The notes below the pieces were generated by a model that did no database searches, was not told where the DNA came from, and worked only from the letters and a program-made list of their open reading frames with translations. DNA of 45,749 nt, filler included, from Jimgerdemannia flammicorona (Eukaryota), in NCBI GenBank assembly GCA_003990765.1. It is 2 parts of 2 records of this genome, joined end to end, with 100 filler letters (N's around TTAATTAATTAA, not from the genome) between each part and the next. Parts side by side here need not be neighbours in the genome. Positions count along the whole stretch, not along the records: positions 1 to 22,825 come from RBNJ01001198.1; positions 22,926 to 45,749 come from RBNJ01001199.1. One strand, written 5' to 3'. Positions 11,936-24,122 of this stretch are shown piece after piece. The translations under genes were made by a program, and so were the position numbers. Numbering within the stretch: the stretch's first letter is position 1; the number at the start of each line of letters is the position of its first letter.

Positions 11936-13796
11936 TTATCAGCTAGACTCGCCACACCTGGTCATAGGCCTTCTCCTGGTCCAAGAAGACAAGATGCCCA
12001 TCCAGTTCACAGGCTTGAGCACCTTCAATAACTCCATGTACCCAGGCCATGCCATCTCTAATAAGCCGACCCCCTATGAAGCCCCTCTGCTCAACACCCA
12101 CAATTTGCTGGGCTACCTTTTGTAGCCTTGTGACCACCACCTTAGTTACCAACTTTCTGTCCATATCTAGCAACATTATCGGCCACCAGTTCTTCCAATC
12201 CTCTCGCCTTCCTTTGTTCTTATAAAGCAGCATCACCAGTCCAAGATCCTGCTCCCCCACCCATCTTCCTGACTGCAATATAAAGTTACACAATGCTGTC
12301 AACTCCCCCAACATGCCTAGGACTTCAACCATTCGCTTCCAGAAGTTCCAGGGGAGGCCATCCTCCCCAGGTGCTATACCCAAGGCTGTCGCAGTAAGAA
12401 CCTGGCAGATCTCGTCCTCCTTCATAGGTATCACCAGGTCACCTAATCCCTCAGCTTGTAGTGGGTGCCAATCTTCTAATGTTTGGTCAATGGCTGTAGC
12501 ATCCACCCCACTCTCCTCCTCACTCCACAATCTACTCCATTATGCCTTCAGTATTCCAAGGATATCCTGTACACTATGCACTAGTATACCATCTGAGTCA
12601 AGTACCCCTTCCCACTGCTGCTGTACCCTTCTCACTCGAAGTATCCTCATAAGAAACTTGGAAGGCCTCTCCCCTTCCTCCAGCTCCTGCCAATGAAGCC
12701 ATGCCACCAGGCCTTGTATCTATGACTCTTCCTCTTCCCATAGCACTTGTTGTAGTTCCCCAACCTCCATCTTCACTCTTGTTATTCTCCAATCCTCTTC
12801 ACCCTCTACTCCTGCCAGTCTCACCCACTCCTCCAGGAACCTATCCAATCTAGTAGAAGCCCAATACACCCTCCACCTTTGCCGCTTCCCCACCACTCTG
12901 CCAGCCTCGCTCCAGTATATCCTGGCCATCTCTTTCATCCTCACCCACTGAACCCCAATTGCGGCCCCTTTCTGCCACTAAATCTCTATCTTCAGCTAAA
13001 TGTCTTTCGCCCACTCCTCCCACCGGGACTCATCATCCAACAAGGAGGAATTTAGACACCAATATCCAGACCCATCACCACTTCCCCCAAAACACCCCTG
13101 TCCCAAAAGGCCCCAGTGATCTGACCATGGACACCATTCTACCTCTAGTACCTTCCAAACATTGCAGCCCCAATAGTTGGCCATCAGAATCCAGTCAATC
13201 CTTGTCCCCAGACCTCCAGCCCAATGCATATATACCCTCTTGTCCCCCCAGTACTCCCTACCAGTATCCACTAGTGCTCCTAGCCTTTTGACCTCCTCCC
13301 ATAATGTCAGCCCCCCACTCCTGCTCTCAGCACTCCATCCACCATCAGTTCTATCCAGCTGTATATCCTGAACCATATTGAAATCTCCTCCAAGCATATC
13401 CAACCCAGCTTCAGCAAGGATCCCACTCTCCAGGAGTCCTTTTACCCAATCCACATGCTCCCTCCACACAGCAGGGCAGTAACAGGAGCCAACTGTGACT
13501 GGCTCCCAACCTGCACGAATCCACTCACCCCAGACCAGTCTCTCCCCCCAGCTCCTCACATCCCATATCTCCCCTCTGCCTTTCCAAACCAGAATCCCAA
13601 CCTTGTGGTTCCAAATTGCCATACCACCCCATTCCTTAGTCCATTTCATCCTATCAGAATCATCCTCGCACCTGATATCCTGCAAGAGGAAGAGATCAGC
13701 CTCCAATCCCTTCAACCAAATAAAAATGTTCCTGTATCTAACTGCGCCCCTTAGTCCATTTACATTCAAAGAAAAAATATTGGTTGTACTGTTCAT
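11936..13796 (-). pseudogene. LINE ORF2 fragment: APE endonuclease plus N-terminal RT
   Basis: FSLNVNGL, LLQD, GGDFN, RIDW and SDH (APE). APGEDG, NWWPIMLLD, QRGFI, LDQEKAYD (RT). In-frame stops present. Confidence 0.85.
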
Positions 13797-13826
13797 AATG
13801 AAATGCAGTTTGTTCTCCATCAATCT

Positions 13827-15857
13827 CTACTGCTCCATGCCCATCTCCTCCTGTGCCATGTCCAGATTTCATTCAGCCATCACCTCCTCCTCTTCAGCCC
13901 TCTGAGCCTCCAATCCAGCCAACAGCTCATTCATCTCCTCATCAGCCTTCTCCTCAAACTCCTCTCTATACTCAATGCAAGCCTTCTGCTAAAGCTGCAA
14001 CTCATGATGCCTGTTCCAACAGTACTCAGCCTTCTCCCCAGTAACAACTGCCAATTCTGCCTCTCTCTCCTTGTCCACCTCATATCCCTCCTCCTCCAGA
14101 TACACCGCAAGAATTTCCGCCTTCAGCACCATCACCACTCCTTCCCCCTGCAAAATTCTCGTCCAGTGCTCATCACTCATCCCATGCAAGTCCACCTCCC
14201 CCAGCTCTTCAGCTGTCAGGTTATTCATCATCCGGCATATCCAAAGTAGGTTCCCCACCTCCTTCCTGCCAGGGGTTGCTGGCCTCCCTCCATCCAGCAT
14301 CATAGTGTCAGCTCCGGCACTTGCATCCTCATCCCACACCTCTGAGACATCCACCAGTTCCTCCTCCCCAGCTGCCACTACTTGGTCCCCCTTCATTACC
14401 TCTAGAATACTGAATTTTACCTGCTGGGTCCCCAGCATTGTCACATCCTCCCCAGACTTGTTCCTGGAAGCTGGGCCATGCCTGATAAGAGGGGAAGGGG
14501 TGGGGGAGTTCTCCCAAACTTCATCCCAAACCTCTAAGGTGCCATCAGCATATGGGTCACTAGTCTGCACCTCTTTTGCCTTCCCTGTCTTTGCCCCATC
14601 ATTCCCACTCCTCTCACCAGCCCAGACACTTGCTCCGGCCCCTTCTGTACCTGTCTTCATGCTCTCATCCTTCTGTGGTCCACCTCTCAGTTTAGCCAGC
14701 AGATCCTTCTGCCTCTTCTGCCCCTGAGCCCTTTCCCACTACACCTTGTTCACTTGAATCCTCTTTTCATCCACTACCTCCAGGTGCATCAACTCCTCAA
14801 AAGTCTTCCAGGCCTTAGCTCACTACTCCACAGCCCCATCCAGTTCTTCCAGCACTTCCAACAAATCTTCCTCCTCTTCTTCACTTCCTTTCACCCATGT
14901 CACCTTGTACAGAAATGCTCCCCAAACCATCACCAAAGACCAGTCCCTCACCTTCTCAGTAGCCTCTTTCCCAGCCAGCCGAATCCTCACATCCATGTCC
15001 CCAGTTCTGAGCATGGTCCCTTCCCAGACCCTGAATCCGATATCCATCACCTCTCCATACTCCACCATGACATCCTCCACTCTCTTCCTCATCTCCATCA
15101 CTGTCACCATGAGTACTCCTTTCACCAGCAGTTGGACCACTCTCAGATCCCATTTCAAACACCTCACCATCAGAACACACACCTCCCCAACCATCAACCC
15201 CACCTTTAGTGCTTCCTCCAGTGGTTCAATCTCCTCAAAACCCACCTCCACCCCCTCCAGTCCCTTCAGAAACTTCACTAAAGCTGCTTCTGCCACCTGC
15301 TTAGCGATAAGCCCCAACACCATTTTCACCATCACCACTAAGCCCTGGAAGCACAGTGTGACCATGAATGCCGAGATCGACTTCTTGAGTAACGGAGCCA
15401 CCACTAGTCCCATTACACCATCTGCCAGGTCCCTGGGCCTCGTGCCCTTCCCACTGCTTGGCTCACCATCAGTAGTCCCATCTAGATTTTTTTCCAGATT
15501 GCCCATTACACCCCCAACAGCAGTCCCCACCCCAGCCGCTACCCCCCCAGCTCCACTCCTATGGCCCTCCAGAGAGGTACCCCCAAGCAGTTGCTGTCTG
15601 GTATCCTTCACTGATACCTTCCCCCCTCTCAGCCAGCTCTCCAGTCTAGCTCCCTGCCAACCCCCCTTCACCTTCTCCACAAAGCTCACCCTGCCAGACC
15701 CTTGACCTCCAGCTCCACCCCCTCCTCCACTGCAGCCTCTCACCAGCAGGCCCCTCATACTACCCCCCAAGCCAGGGCCTCTCCCCACTTGCTGCCATTC
15801 AAATGCTCTAGAGCCACCCTGCCCAGTATGCACCTCAGGATGCTCGTTGGTCACTAT
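13827..15857 (-). pseudogene. LINE ORF1 (RRM-like, ~675 codons, interrupted)
   Basis: ORF pieces 14823-15854 and 13989-14660. LLVKGV...VEYGEVMDI...TGDMDVRIRL resembles the L1/Tx1 ORF1 RRM. Colinear homolog at ~18040-20050. Confidence 0.75.
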
Positions 15858-18800
15858 GATACTAGTAGCTTTTCTCCAGAAACTGTGTCAAAAGTATTGC
15901 CAAAAGATTGTATAACCTGAATGTTACCAGAGAAAGGTGTCTAACAAATTCTATCTATCAAAGGTTCTAATGAAAGAGTATAGAGAATAGGAGACAACAG
16001 ATCTCCCTGAGGAACTCCTCTACCCAAGGGAAATGCCAGACCCTAGTGACTATTATATATCAGTGCAGCCCTACTGCCCTCCAGCAGGTTCAATATAGAA
16101 GTCTGAAATTGTGGGAGAACACCAATTCTATTCAGCACCTTGCCCAACCAAACCCACCAAACATAGTCATAGGCCTTCTCCTGGTCCAAAAAGACCAGTC
16201 TACCATCCAGTCTACAAGCCTGGGCCCCTTCAATAACACCATGCACTCAGGCAGTCTCATCTCTTATCAGCCTGTCTCCTACAAAGCCCCACTGCTCCTC
16301 ACTCAGCACCTGTTGGGCAACTCTCTGTAGCCTTGTAACAATCACCTTAGTCACCATCTTCCTATCCATATCCAGAAGTATGATCAGTCTCCAGTTCTTC
16401 CAGTCCTCTCTCCTCTCTTTGTCTTTGTACAATAAGGCCACCAGCCCCAAGTCCTGCTCTCCAACCCACTTGCCATTTAGAAGAACATGGTCACAAAGAG
16501 CAGCTATCTCTCCCAACACTCCAGGGACCTTTTCCATCTTCTTCCAGAAGTCCCAAGGTAACTCATCTTCTCCTGGCACCATCCCAAGCTTGGTTGCCAC
16601 AAAGACTCTCTGAATCTCCTCCTCCTGGACCTAGACTGATCCAATCAAGTTACCAAGTCTCTCTACTTGTGGTGGATTCCACTCCTCCAGTGTGTCTCCA
16701 ATTGTCTCTTCATCTGCACCCTCCTCCTCCTTACTCCACAGACCCCTCCATCTCTCCTTCAGTACTCTCAAGATCTGTTATGTGCCATGCACCATTTCCC
16801 CCTCAGCATCAAAGACCCCATCCTATTGATGTCACACCCTCCTAGTATGGAGAAGCCTAGACAAGTACCTAGTAGGCCACTCACTCTCCTCAAGCCCCTG
16901 CCACTATAGTCTGGCAGCCATTCCTTTCATATGAATCTTCTCCTCCTCTCTCAATATCTATTGTAACTCCACCACCTCCAATTTTGCCCTCTCCAACCTC
17001 CAATCCTCCATCTCTTCAGAAGAAAGCAACTTAGCTCATTTCATCTGCAATCTAATCAGCCTATTAGATATACACCTCACTTACTTCCTTCTCTGCCTCC
17101 CAACCTCCCTACCAGCTCCTCCCTAATATACTCTTGCAGCCTCCTTCAACCTCATCCAATGGGCATTTACAGATGAATCCTCATGGATCTATTAAGTGAT
17201 CTTTACTTAGATGTCCTCTACCCATAGGTTCCACAAGCCCTTCTCAGCCAGCAGGGAGGAGTTAAGGTACTAATGTCCAGGTTCATCTCTACTCCCCCCA
17301 AACTGCCCCTGCCCCAATAGCTCCCAATGATCAGACCATAGGTATCACTCTACCTCCAGAGTCCTCCAAACATTAACACTCCAATATTCCACTATCAGAA
17401 TCCAGTCAATTCTCATACCCAGCCCATTCACCCAGTGTATATAGACCCTCCTGTTGCCCCAACATGTTCTACTCATATCATCTAAGGAGCTAATATTCTC
17501 CACCTCTACTCACTTATCCAGACTCCCACTTCTCCCTCCTGCACTCCTCTCTCTATCCATTCTGTCTAACTATGAATCCCATACCATATTAAAGTCACTT
17601 CTCAAAACATTAACACCCTCCTCCAAGAGAATGCCCTTCTCTAAAAGATCCCTAATCCACTCAATCTGCTCACCCCTATCTGCAGGGCAGTAACAGGAGC
17701 CAACCTTTACTGATTCCCACCCAGGTTGATGCCATTCACTCTACCAAGCAGTTACCCCTGCTCCTAATTCTGCCCAAATCTCCTCTACCCTTTCTCACTA
17801 GAATCGCCACTTTGCCAATCCAAGCAGTAGCTTCTCTCCATTCTCTAGTCCACTCCATCTAATCTTCCTCATCCTTACACTAGACATCCTATAGTAAAAA
17901 GAGATCAGCCTCCAATCCCTTAAGTCAAGTGAAAATGTTCTTATACTGTCCAGAACCCTGTAATCCATTTATATTTAGAGAGAAAATATTAGTTGTACTG
18001 TTTATTAGGAATAACATTGATTATTAATTACATCCTCTATAAATCTGTATTTAACCCTTCCTGTATCAAGTCCAAGTCATGTTCAGCAGCCAGCCCCTTC
18101 TCTTTAGCTGCCTGTACCTTCAATCCTTCCAGAAGTTCAGCCATTACTCCATTCTCCTTTTCCTCAAAGTCTTTATGATACTCCAGACACACCTCCTACC
18201 AGAGTTATAAACTATGATGCTCTGCCCAACAGTAGGCAGCCTGCTCACCAGCAACAACCACCAGCTCTGTCTCTCTCACCTTATCAACCTTATATCTCTC
18301 TTTCTCTAGAAAAATCATAAGAATCTCTGCCTTCAGTACTCCCACCACTCCCTCTCTATGCAGAATTCCTGCCCAATGCTCCTCACTCATCACTTACAGG
18401 TCCACTTCTCCCAACTCCTCAGCTATAAGGTTATCTATCATCTTGCTCATCCACAGCAGATTTCCCACCTCCTTCCCTCTAGGAGTCTCTGGCCTTCTTG
18501 TATCTAGTATTGTGATATCTACCCCTATACTGGCAGTCTCATTCCATCTCTCCTCAGAGACATCCACCAGCTCATCCTTACTAATAGCCACCACCTATCT
18601 CCCTTTCATCACATCAAGAACTCCAAAGTGTACCTGCTGAGTACTCCACATCAGCTCATCCTCTACTACCTGACTCCTTATAGCTAGACTCTGCCTGATC
18701 AGAGGGAGAGTATTATCCATGACTGGGTTCCAGACCTCAAATGTACCATTGGCAAACAGGTCCTTATACAGCACCTTCTCAGCCCCTTCCAGGCCCTCCT

Positions 18801-20809
18801 CCCTATCTCCTCCTCTCTTGCTGGCCCAGACACTTGTCTCCACTCCCACAGACTTCTCAGGGCCCCCAGCCATCATCTTTGTCCCTTCTTCTATACTCGC
18901 CAGCAACTCCCTCTACCTCTTGTGCCCTTGAGCCCTCTCCTACTGCCTCTTGTCAGTGTAAATATGCTTTCTATCAACAATCTCCAGATGTGTCGACTTC
19001 TCATACAATTTCCAGGCCTTCACTATCTGCTCAACAGCATCACTCAACTCCTCAACAAGTCTTCCTCCTCCTCTTCACTCCCTCTCACCCTTAATACCTT
19101 ACAGACAAAAGTCCCCCACATCAGCACTGAGGGCCAGTCACTCATCTTTCCCATGGCCTCTCTTCCAGCTAGTCTAATTCTGATATCCATATCACCCATT
19201 CTGAAGGAGATCTCTTCCCACACCTAGAAGCTGATATCTACTATATTGCCATACTTCACCATCACCTCCTCCACCCTCCTCCTAGTCTCCTCCTTCATCA
19301 CTATAGATATCCCCTTTACCAGCAACTGTACCACCCTGGAGTCCCATCTCAGACAGTATACTATGGGGACCACCACTTCCCCAACTGCCACTCCAGTCCT
19401 CAGAGCCTCTTCCAGTAGGCCCACCTCCTCAAAGCCCATCTCAACTCCCTCTAGACCCTTCAGAAACTTCACCAAGGTGGCCTCAGCCATCTGCTTCAAG
19501 ATAAGCCCCAGGACTATCCTTGCCATAACTATCAAGCTCTGGAAGTACAAGATAGCTGCAAACTCTGAAATTGACTTCTTGAGCAATGGTGCCACCACTA
19601 GCTCTATCATATCATCTGCCAGGTCCCTCTTCCATATTGAGAACCCCTGTCCTATCTTACCATCAGCTGTCATATCTCTTTTTTTTTTCCTGATTCCCTG
19701 TCATACTCCTATCAACAGTCACACTCCTAGCCACAGTACCTCTAGCACCTATATTTATATCTCTCACCTGAGTATCACTCCCTCTTCTGATACTTATCTT
19801 GTTCTTTCCCTCAGTAATACCAGCTCTAGTTCCAGCCAGCTATCTACCTGCTTTCACCTTATCTGCAAAGCTAGAGAAACTAGGCCTTCTTCCAGTTCCA
19901 CCTGACACTAGTCCTCCTCCAGAGCCTTCTTCACTCTTTGATTCTCCAAAGGCCCCCATCTCTAGTCCATAACCTCTCTCCACATTCTACCAGCCAAATG
20001 CCTCAGATCTACCTGACCCAGCACACCCATCAGAACTCTTGCTTGATGATATATTTATAGTACCTTTTCTCTAAGTTGTGTCAAAAACTGTTGCTTGAAG
20101 TTGGTGTAATGTGAATTGTACAGGGGAAAGGTGTATGATTGAATTAGATCTTAATTTAATTAATTCAAATCAAATTGAATTATACCTCAATTTAAATATT
20201 TCAAATTGAATCAATTCAATTCATTCCAAGCACTATAATTTAGTAAACTCTTCTTAATAGAGCAGTCACAACTATAGTCTAGTTTTAACCAATAAAAAGC
20301 TTTTTTATATTTATAATATATTTTATATACAGTTTGTCTGATTACGTTAAATTTCTTCTATATAGCATATTAAAGATACACAAGACTATCTCTCTTTTAA
20401 TGACTTTTTCTTCTTAATAAATCTCATAGATTATTCTTTCCTTATCTAAATATTCTTGAATAGTTTTGGTATCAGCTATTTTGAAGACATAAGGAGTAAT
20501 TTTCTCACCTTGTCTTTTTTCAAAATACTACTGATAGTGCTGTAATTTTTTGGTTCCATAGTGGATTTGATGTAAATTAGTTTCATATTGCCATTTATTT
20601 TATTATGGGGATCCTATCGATTATGAAACCAATGGCTGACATATACAAGGGAATCGGCGCCGATCGGCTTTAGCGACGAATTCCATGCGATAAGAATAAG
20701 AGCAGCTGCCACACTTGCAATCCGCACCAACTATTTCTTGTCCTAAGTAGCTTTCTTACGTGTCGATCTGCCGGACTTCAGTGATGGTGTCCTTATACAA
20801 TCGAACATA

Positions 20810-22090
20810 CCTTCTCCAGGTTCCTCCAGTATAGCTCACATTCGCGAGATGTTACCCATGCCTGGGTATACAAGAGAACTATAACGATTTCCTTGGCAAC
20901 TATTTTTGATGTGAAAGCGAGTTTACTTACTTCAAAGCGCCCGAGAATATTGTGAGCCTTGCGCCGCTTCTGACACTGTTCTCCTTCGAGATTTGGAGGA
21001 GTGCAGTTTGGAGTTCTGTCTCCGCTGTGTGCCTCGAGCCGAACTTACGGAAGCATATTGATCTGGCTGACTAAGCTATTGGTCTAATTGATGTATTTGC
21101 AGATTATCGAGAGGATTCAAGCCTTGAAGATGCTTGCACACCCAGGCAGTGATTGTCGGCTGGCTTTCCTTGAGGGTGTTGCGTGGCTCAGCCAAACGCA
21201 AACTCATAACTACACGATATCCTCTCCCCAAAAGATATAACATTTATCCTCTCAGATTACACAGAGCGTCAGTGCTTGGTGCGCCGCTTTTCTGCCGCGT
21301 TGCCGGGTGTATAGCCGCATTCTTGAATGCTGGCCGTCCCCTGCGACCTTGAAGGCCTGATTTGCCTGTGGGGATATTTCTGCTTGTTTCGATTTTCAAC
21401 AATCGGTGTCCCTCATTTGACGGATCACGGACAGTTGCCAGGCGATTTGGCGATTTCGCCCGATTGATAAGATGGCACGATGTTGTAGCTGCATTCTTCG
21501 AATGCGGCCGCCGTCGCTGTCCACCTCGCAACGACCAGCGGTTAATTTTTTTCAGCTCAATTCGTCCTATTATCTATCTCGAACTATTATAATTGTTAAC
21601 CTCAATGACGTGCTCGGCGACAGTCATGCAGGGAGGGGCAGGAAGAACGTACCTGTGCCATTTGCATGTATAAGTAAGTAAAACCATTCTAGCGCCTAAG
21701 CCCAGCGTGGTAGTCCTTTGAGCTGATAACTCTACTGTCGCGACTAGGATCTCGATTTCCTCGTCTAGCTCTGCAGCGCCGCGTTCTTGGAGAATTTCTT
21801 TATATCATCCCAACTTATGTGGCGCGGCTTGATTTTTTCTACGCTGCGTTTCCCAGAGCCGATGTAGCCGGACCTTTGAAGGGTCTCCCTTTTCTTTTAC
21901 TGGCCTCACTCGTCTCCCCTTCATCTTCAGGTTCTTCTCCTGGGCTCTCCGGGGTTCCTCTTGGGTTTCCCAGCCCTCTGTCGGCATCGGTTCCATTTCG
22001 CATCTTTTAGAGAACCCAGCTCGCTCAAGACCCTGGCTTTGTATCGTTCTCTTCCGAATATCTCGCGTGCATAGTGGCCGCCTTTACATT
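20810..22090 (-). pseudogene. fragmented, spliced gene remnant(s) of unknown family
   Basis: CpG-retaining. Exon-like pieces bounded by GTAAGT/GTATGT/GTACGT and CAG (e.g. RRKAHNILGRFE|AWVTSRECELYWRNLEK; KEILQERGAAELDEEIEIL), but with stops and frameshifts. Confidence 0.35.
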
Positions 22091-22109
22091 GATGATCACC
22101 TCCTTTCGA

Positions 22110-22700
22110 TTGAACCTTTTCATGGAAATTTTTATATATTGCCTAGTTTTGCCTGTAATGAGTATTTAGAAGCCCCGAATATTTATCATCTAGAAACTAG
22201 TTTCAGTGATATAAAAGATCAAACCTTTGCCAAGTTGCTCAGGAATATAAAGCAAAGCAGAGGATCAAATTAGAAAGAGAAATTAGATAAGTATGAAAAC
22301 AGAGAGTATTAGTTTATATTTTTAGTTTGCTTATTACAATTATTCTATATAGTAGATATTGAATCATTAAAAGGTTATGAAGCAAGAAAAGTTAAAAATA
22401 AAATTTTCAAGGCCAATGTCTGAGTGATATCAAATGTTTGCTTTGTTTGGTTTTATTGTAGTACATATAGCTCATTAGTATAATTTATAATTTTTACAAA
22501 TATAATTATATGTAATTATATAATATCTGATATAATTAAGAAAAAATCTATAAATATCTCAATTAAGAACTATACAAACTAAGTAACTCTCACAATTATA
22601 AATTCAACTTAGACAATTCTGAATAATAAATCAAAGTAACTATTAAAGTTTAAGAAATCTGAAAGGTTATATGCAACAAAACCAGACAAAGTAAACCTGT
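22110..22700 (+). mobile_element. second, less decayed copy of the 7266-7560 repeat
   Basis: Encodes YHLETSFSDIKDQTFAKLLRNIKQSRGSN*KEKLDKYENR. Inverted relative to the 7.3-kb copy. Confidence 0.55.
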
Positions 22701-22825
22701 GGCATCACTCGATAGTAGGCTTAAAGATTCAAAAGTATAGCCTATACCACTCTTGTGTTTATGTTATATTATTTTTCTCTCACACACTCTCTATTGCTTT
22801 AATATATTGAAGGTTTTTTTTTTTT

Positions 22826-22925
22826 NNNNNNNNNNNNNNNNNNNNNNNNNNNNNNNNNNNNNNNNNNNNTTAATTAATTAANNNNNNNNNNNNNNNNNNN
22901 NNNNNNNNNNNNNNNNNNNNNNNNN
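22826..22925. other. assembly gap / artificial contig linker
   Basis: 44 N + TTAATTAATTAA (stops in all six frames) + 44 N. Confidence 0.95.
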
Positions 22926-22984
22926 TTTTTTTCCCCATTGGCAGAACGGCTATCAAGACGCATCTCAACCACGGTTGTGGCGTA

Positions 22985-23706
22985 CCGCATGACTCGGCTT
23001 ATCCAACTGTAGTTGGTAGAACTAAGAGCGGGATCACCAATTCCAAAAGCTTCAAGAACCCCAACAACCTCCACCATAGTAGTATAAGCGTTCATGTGCC
23101 CGTCATCCTGTGGCGCGGCGTTCCCGGCCTTGGGTAATGTGTGAATCGTGAGTGTCAGGGTATACCACGTTTCTATAGTACAAACAGGCTGGGGTTTCAA
23201 AGTGACTTTAGGCAGGGGACCGATGCTGCAAATTTACGTGCATATGGGTAGGTTCGGCATCGTTCTTCGAGGACGTCGATCAGAACGGACGCGGGGATTC
23301 TGAGTACCATTTACATATGCACAACATTAATCAGGAATGCCTAATTAATTAACTTGTACACCTCCGCATAGGTTCGAAATTCTTTGTGGCCACCGGCACT
23401 CAGAGCTGCTATTTCGGAGAATGGTCAAGATGGCAAAGTGGCCTAGTCGACCTTCAAGTTGCCGCCAAATGCCATAAATCCATCCTCCTTCGACAAAGCA
23501 CTGGGGCCAAGTGTCAAACAAAGGGACATTCGCACTGCATTGTTCTGTGTGACTTATCCGGAACATATAGCAATGATGCGTGGTACAAGTCATCCATGAC
23601 GTTTAGAGAGCACAAGGCGATTCGTTGTAGCTTTCCATTACACAGGTTCATGAAATGGTCGAGCGGGATGCTGTTTTCGGGATAAACAGGTCCAGGAACG
23701 GAAGCC
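22985..23706 (-). pseudogene. multi-exon gene remnant of unknown family
   Basis: Exon-like segments (PLDHFMNLCNGKLQRIALCSL; LSKEDGFMAFGGNLK; IPASVLIDVLEERCRTY; AYTTMVEVVGVLEAFGIG) with weak splice sites and an in-frame TGA. Confidence 0.3.
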
Positions 23707-24122
23707 CTGGGGCGCAGTTGCTCAGTAAGGTAATACTATGATTTCAAAGGGCGAGGACATACAATGTTGGGTAAGCGGATTGGGTAATTTTGTATTTTAT
23801 TATTTTAGATTGTGCTTGGTCATTCGGACAGAGCTTTGACAAACAAATTGTACAACCGCCTTTCCGTAAATTCCGTTATTGGCCACTCGCTTTCTTCTGA
23901 TGTCTTTTCTGCCCAACTCAGAGATCCGCGAATCGTGAAGTTTACCGTTTCTTACCAGGAATAAAAAGGGGAAGAGTGTTCACACTCCACAATTTAAAAT
24001 TTCGATGACGTCAGTGTGCTGTGCAATTGCATATTAGTGATTCATGTAGTCACAGTACAAAATTGTGCCTGAAAATGTACACATCTAACCATCAAGCTCA
24101 ATCCGTGCAATTAACCCGCACG

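Larger units (their letters stand above)
11936..15940 (-). mobile_element. nested L1/Tx1 LINE of the same family, 5'-intact and 3'-truncated
   Basis: Same 5' terminus ACACCTTTC at 15940. Contains ORF1, APE and RT up to LDQEKAYDQVWRV, then ends. Bounded by a 16-bp direct repeat CTAATAAATTCTATCT (11920-11935) / CTAACAAATTCTATCT (15941-15956). Confidence 0.85.
10211..20134 (-). mobile_element. full-length but dead L1/Tx1-clade LINE (outer, older copy), split by a nested insertion
   Basis: 5' end ACACCTTTCCCC at 20134. ORF1 ~20050-18040; APE start FSLNINGL ~17995. RT: LDQEKAYD (~16190), GVPQGDLLSP (~16010), resuming after the insert with KVGAFVDD (~11870) and SGVKLN. C-terminal CEEC...H zinc finger ~10760-10815; poly(A) 10211-10250. 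Many stops. Confidence 0.9.

Noticed and set aside
13796..13829. In-frame ORF1-ORF2 readthrough in the inner LINE
   Set aside because: The outer copy has the same TAG but ORF2 in another frame, so the phase is not conserved.
12313..19905. Numerous Ser/Pro/Thr-rich plus-strand ORFs
   Set aside because: Antisense shadows of the purine-rich LINE ORFs.
10197..20149. Possible TSD of the outer LINE (AATTTTAAATTAAAT vs ATGATTGAATTAGAT)
   Set aside because: Only 10/15 identity in very AT-rich sequence; not distinguishable from chance.
22418..22427. GTCTGAGTGA match to the LINE 3' terminus
   Set aside because: 10-mer only, with no poly(A) or TSD; likely chance.
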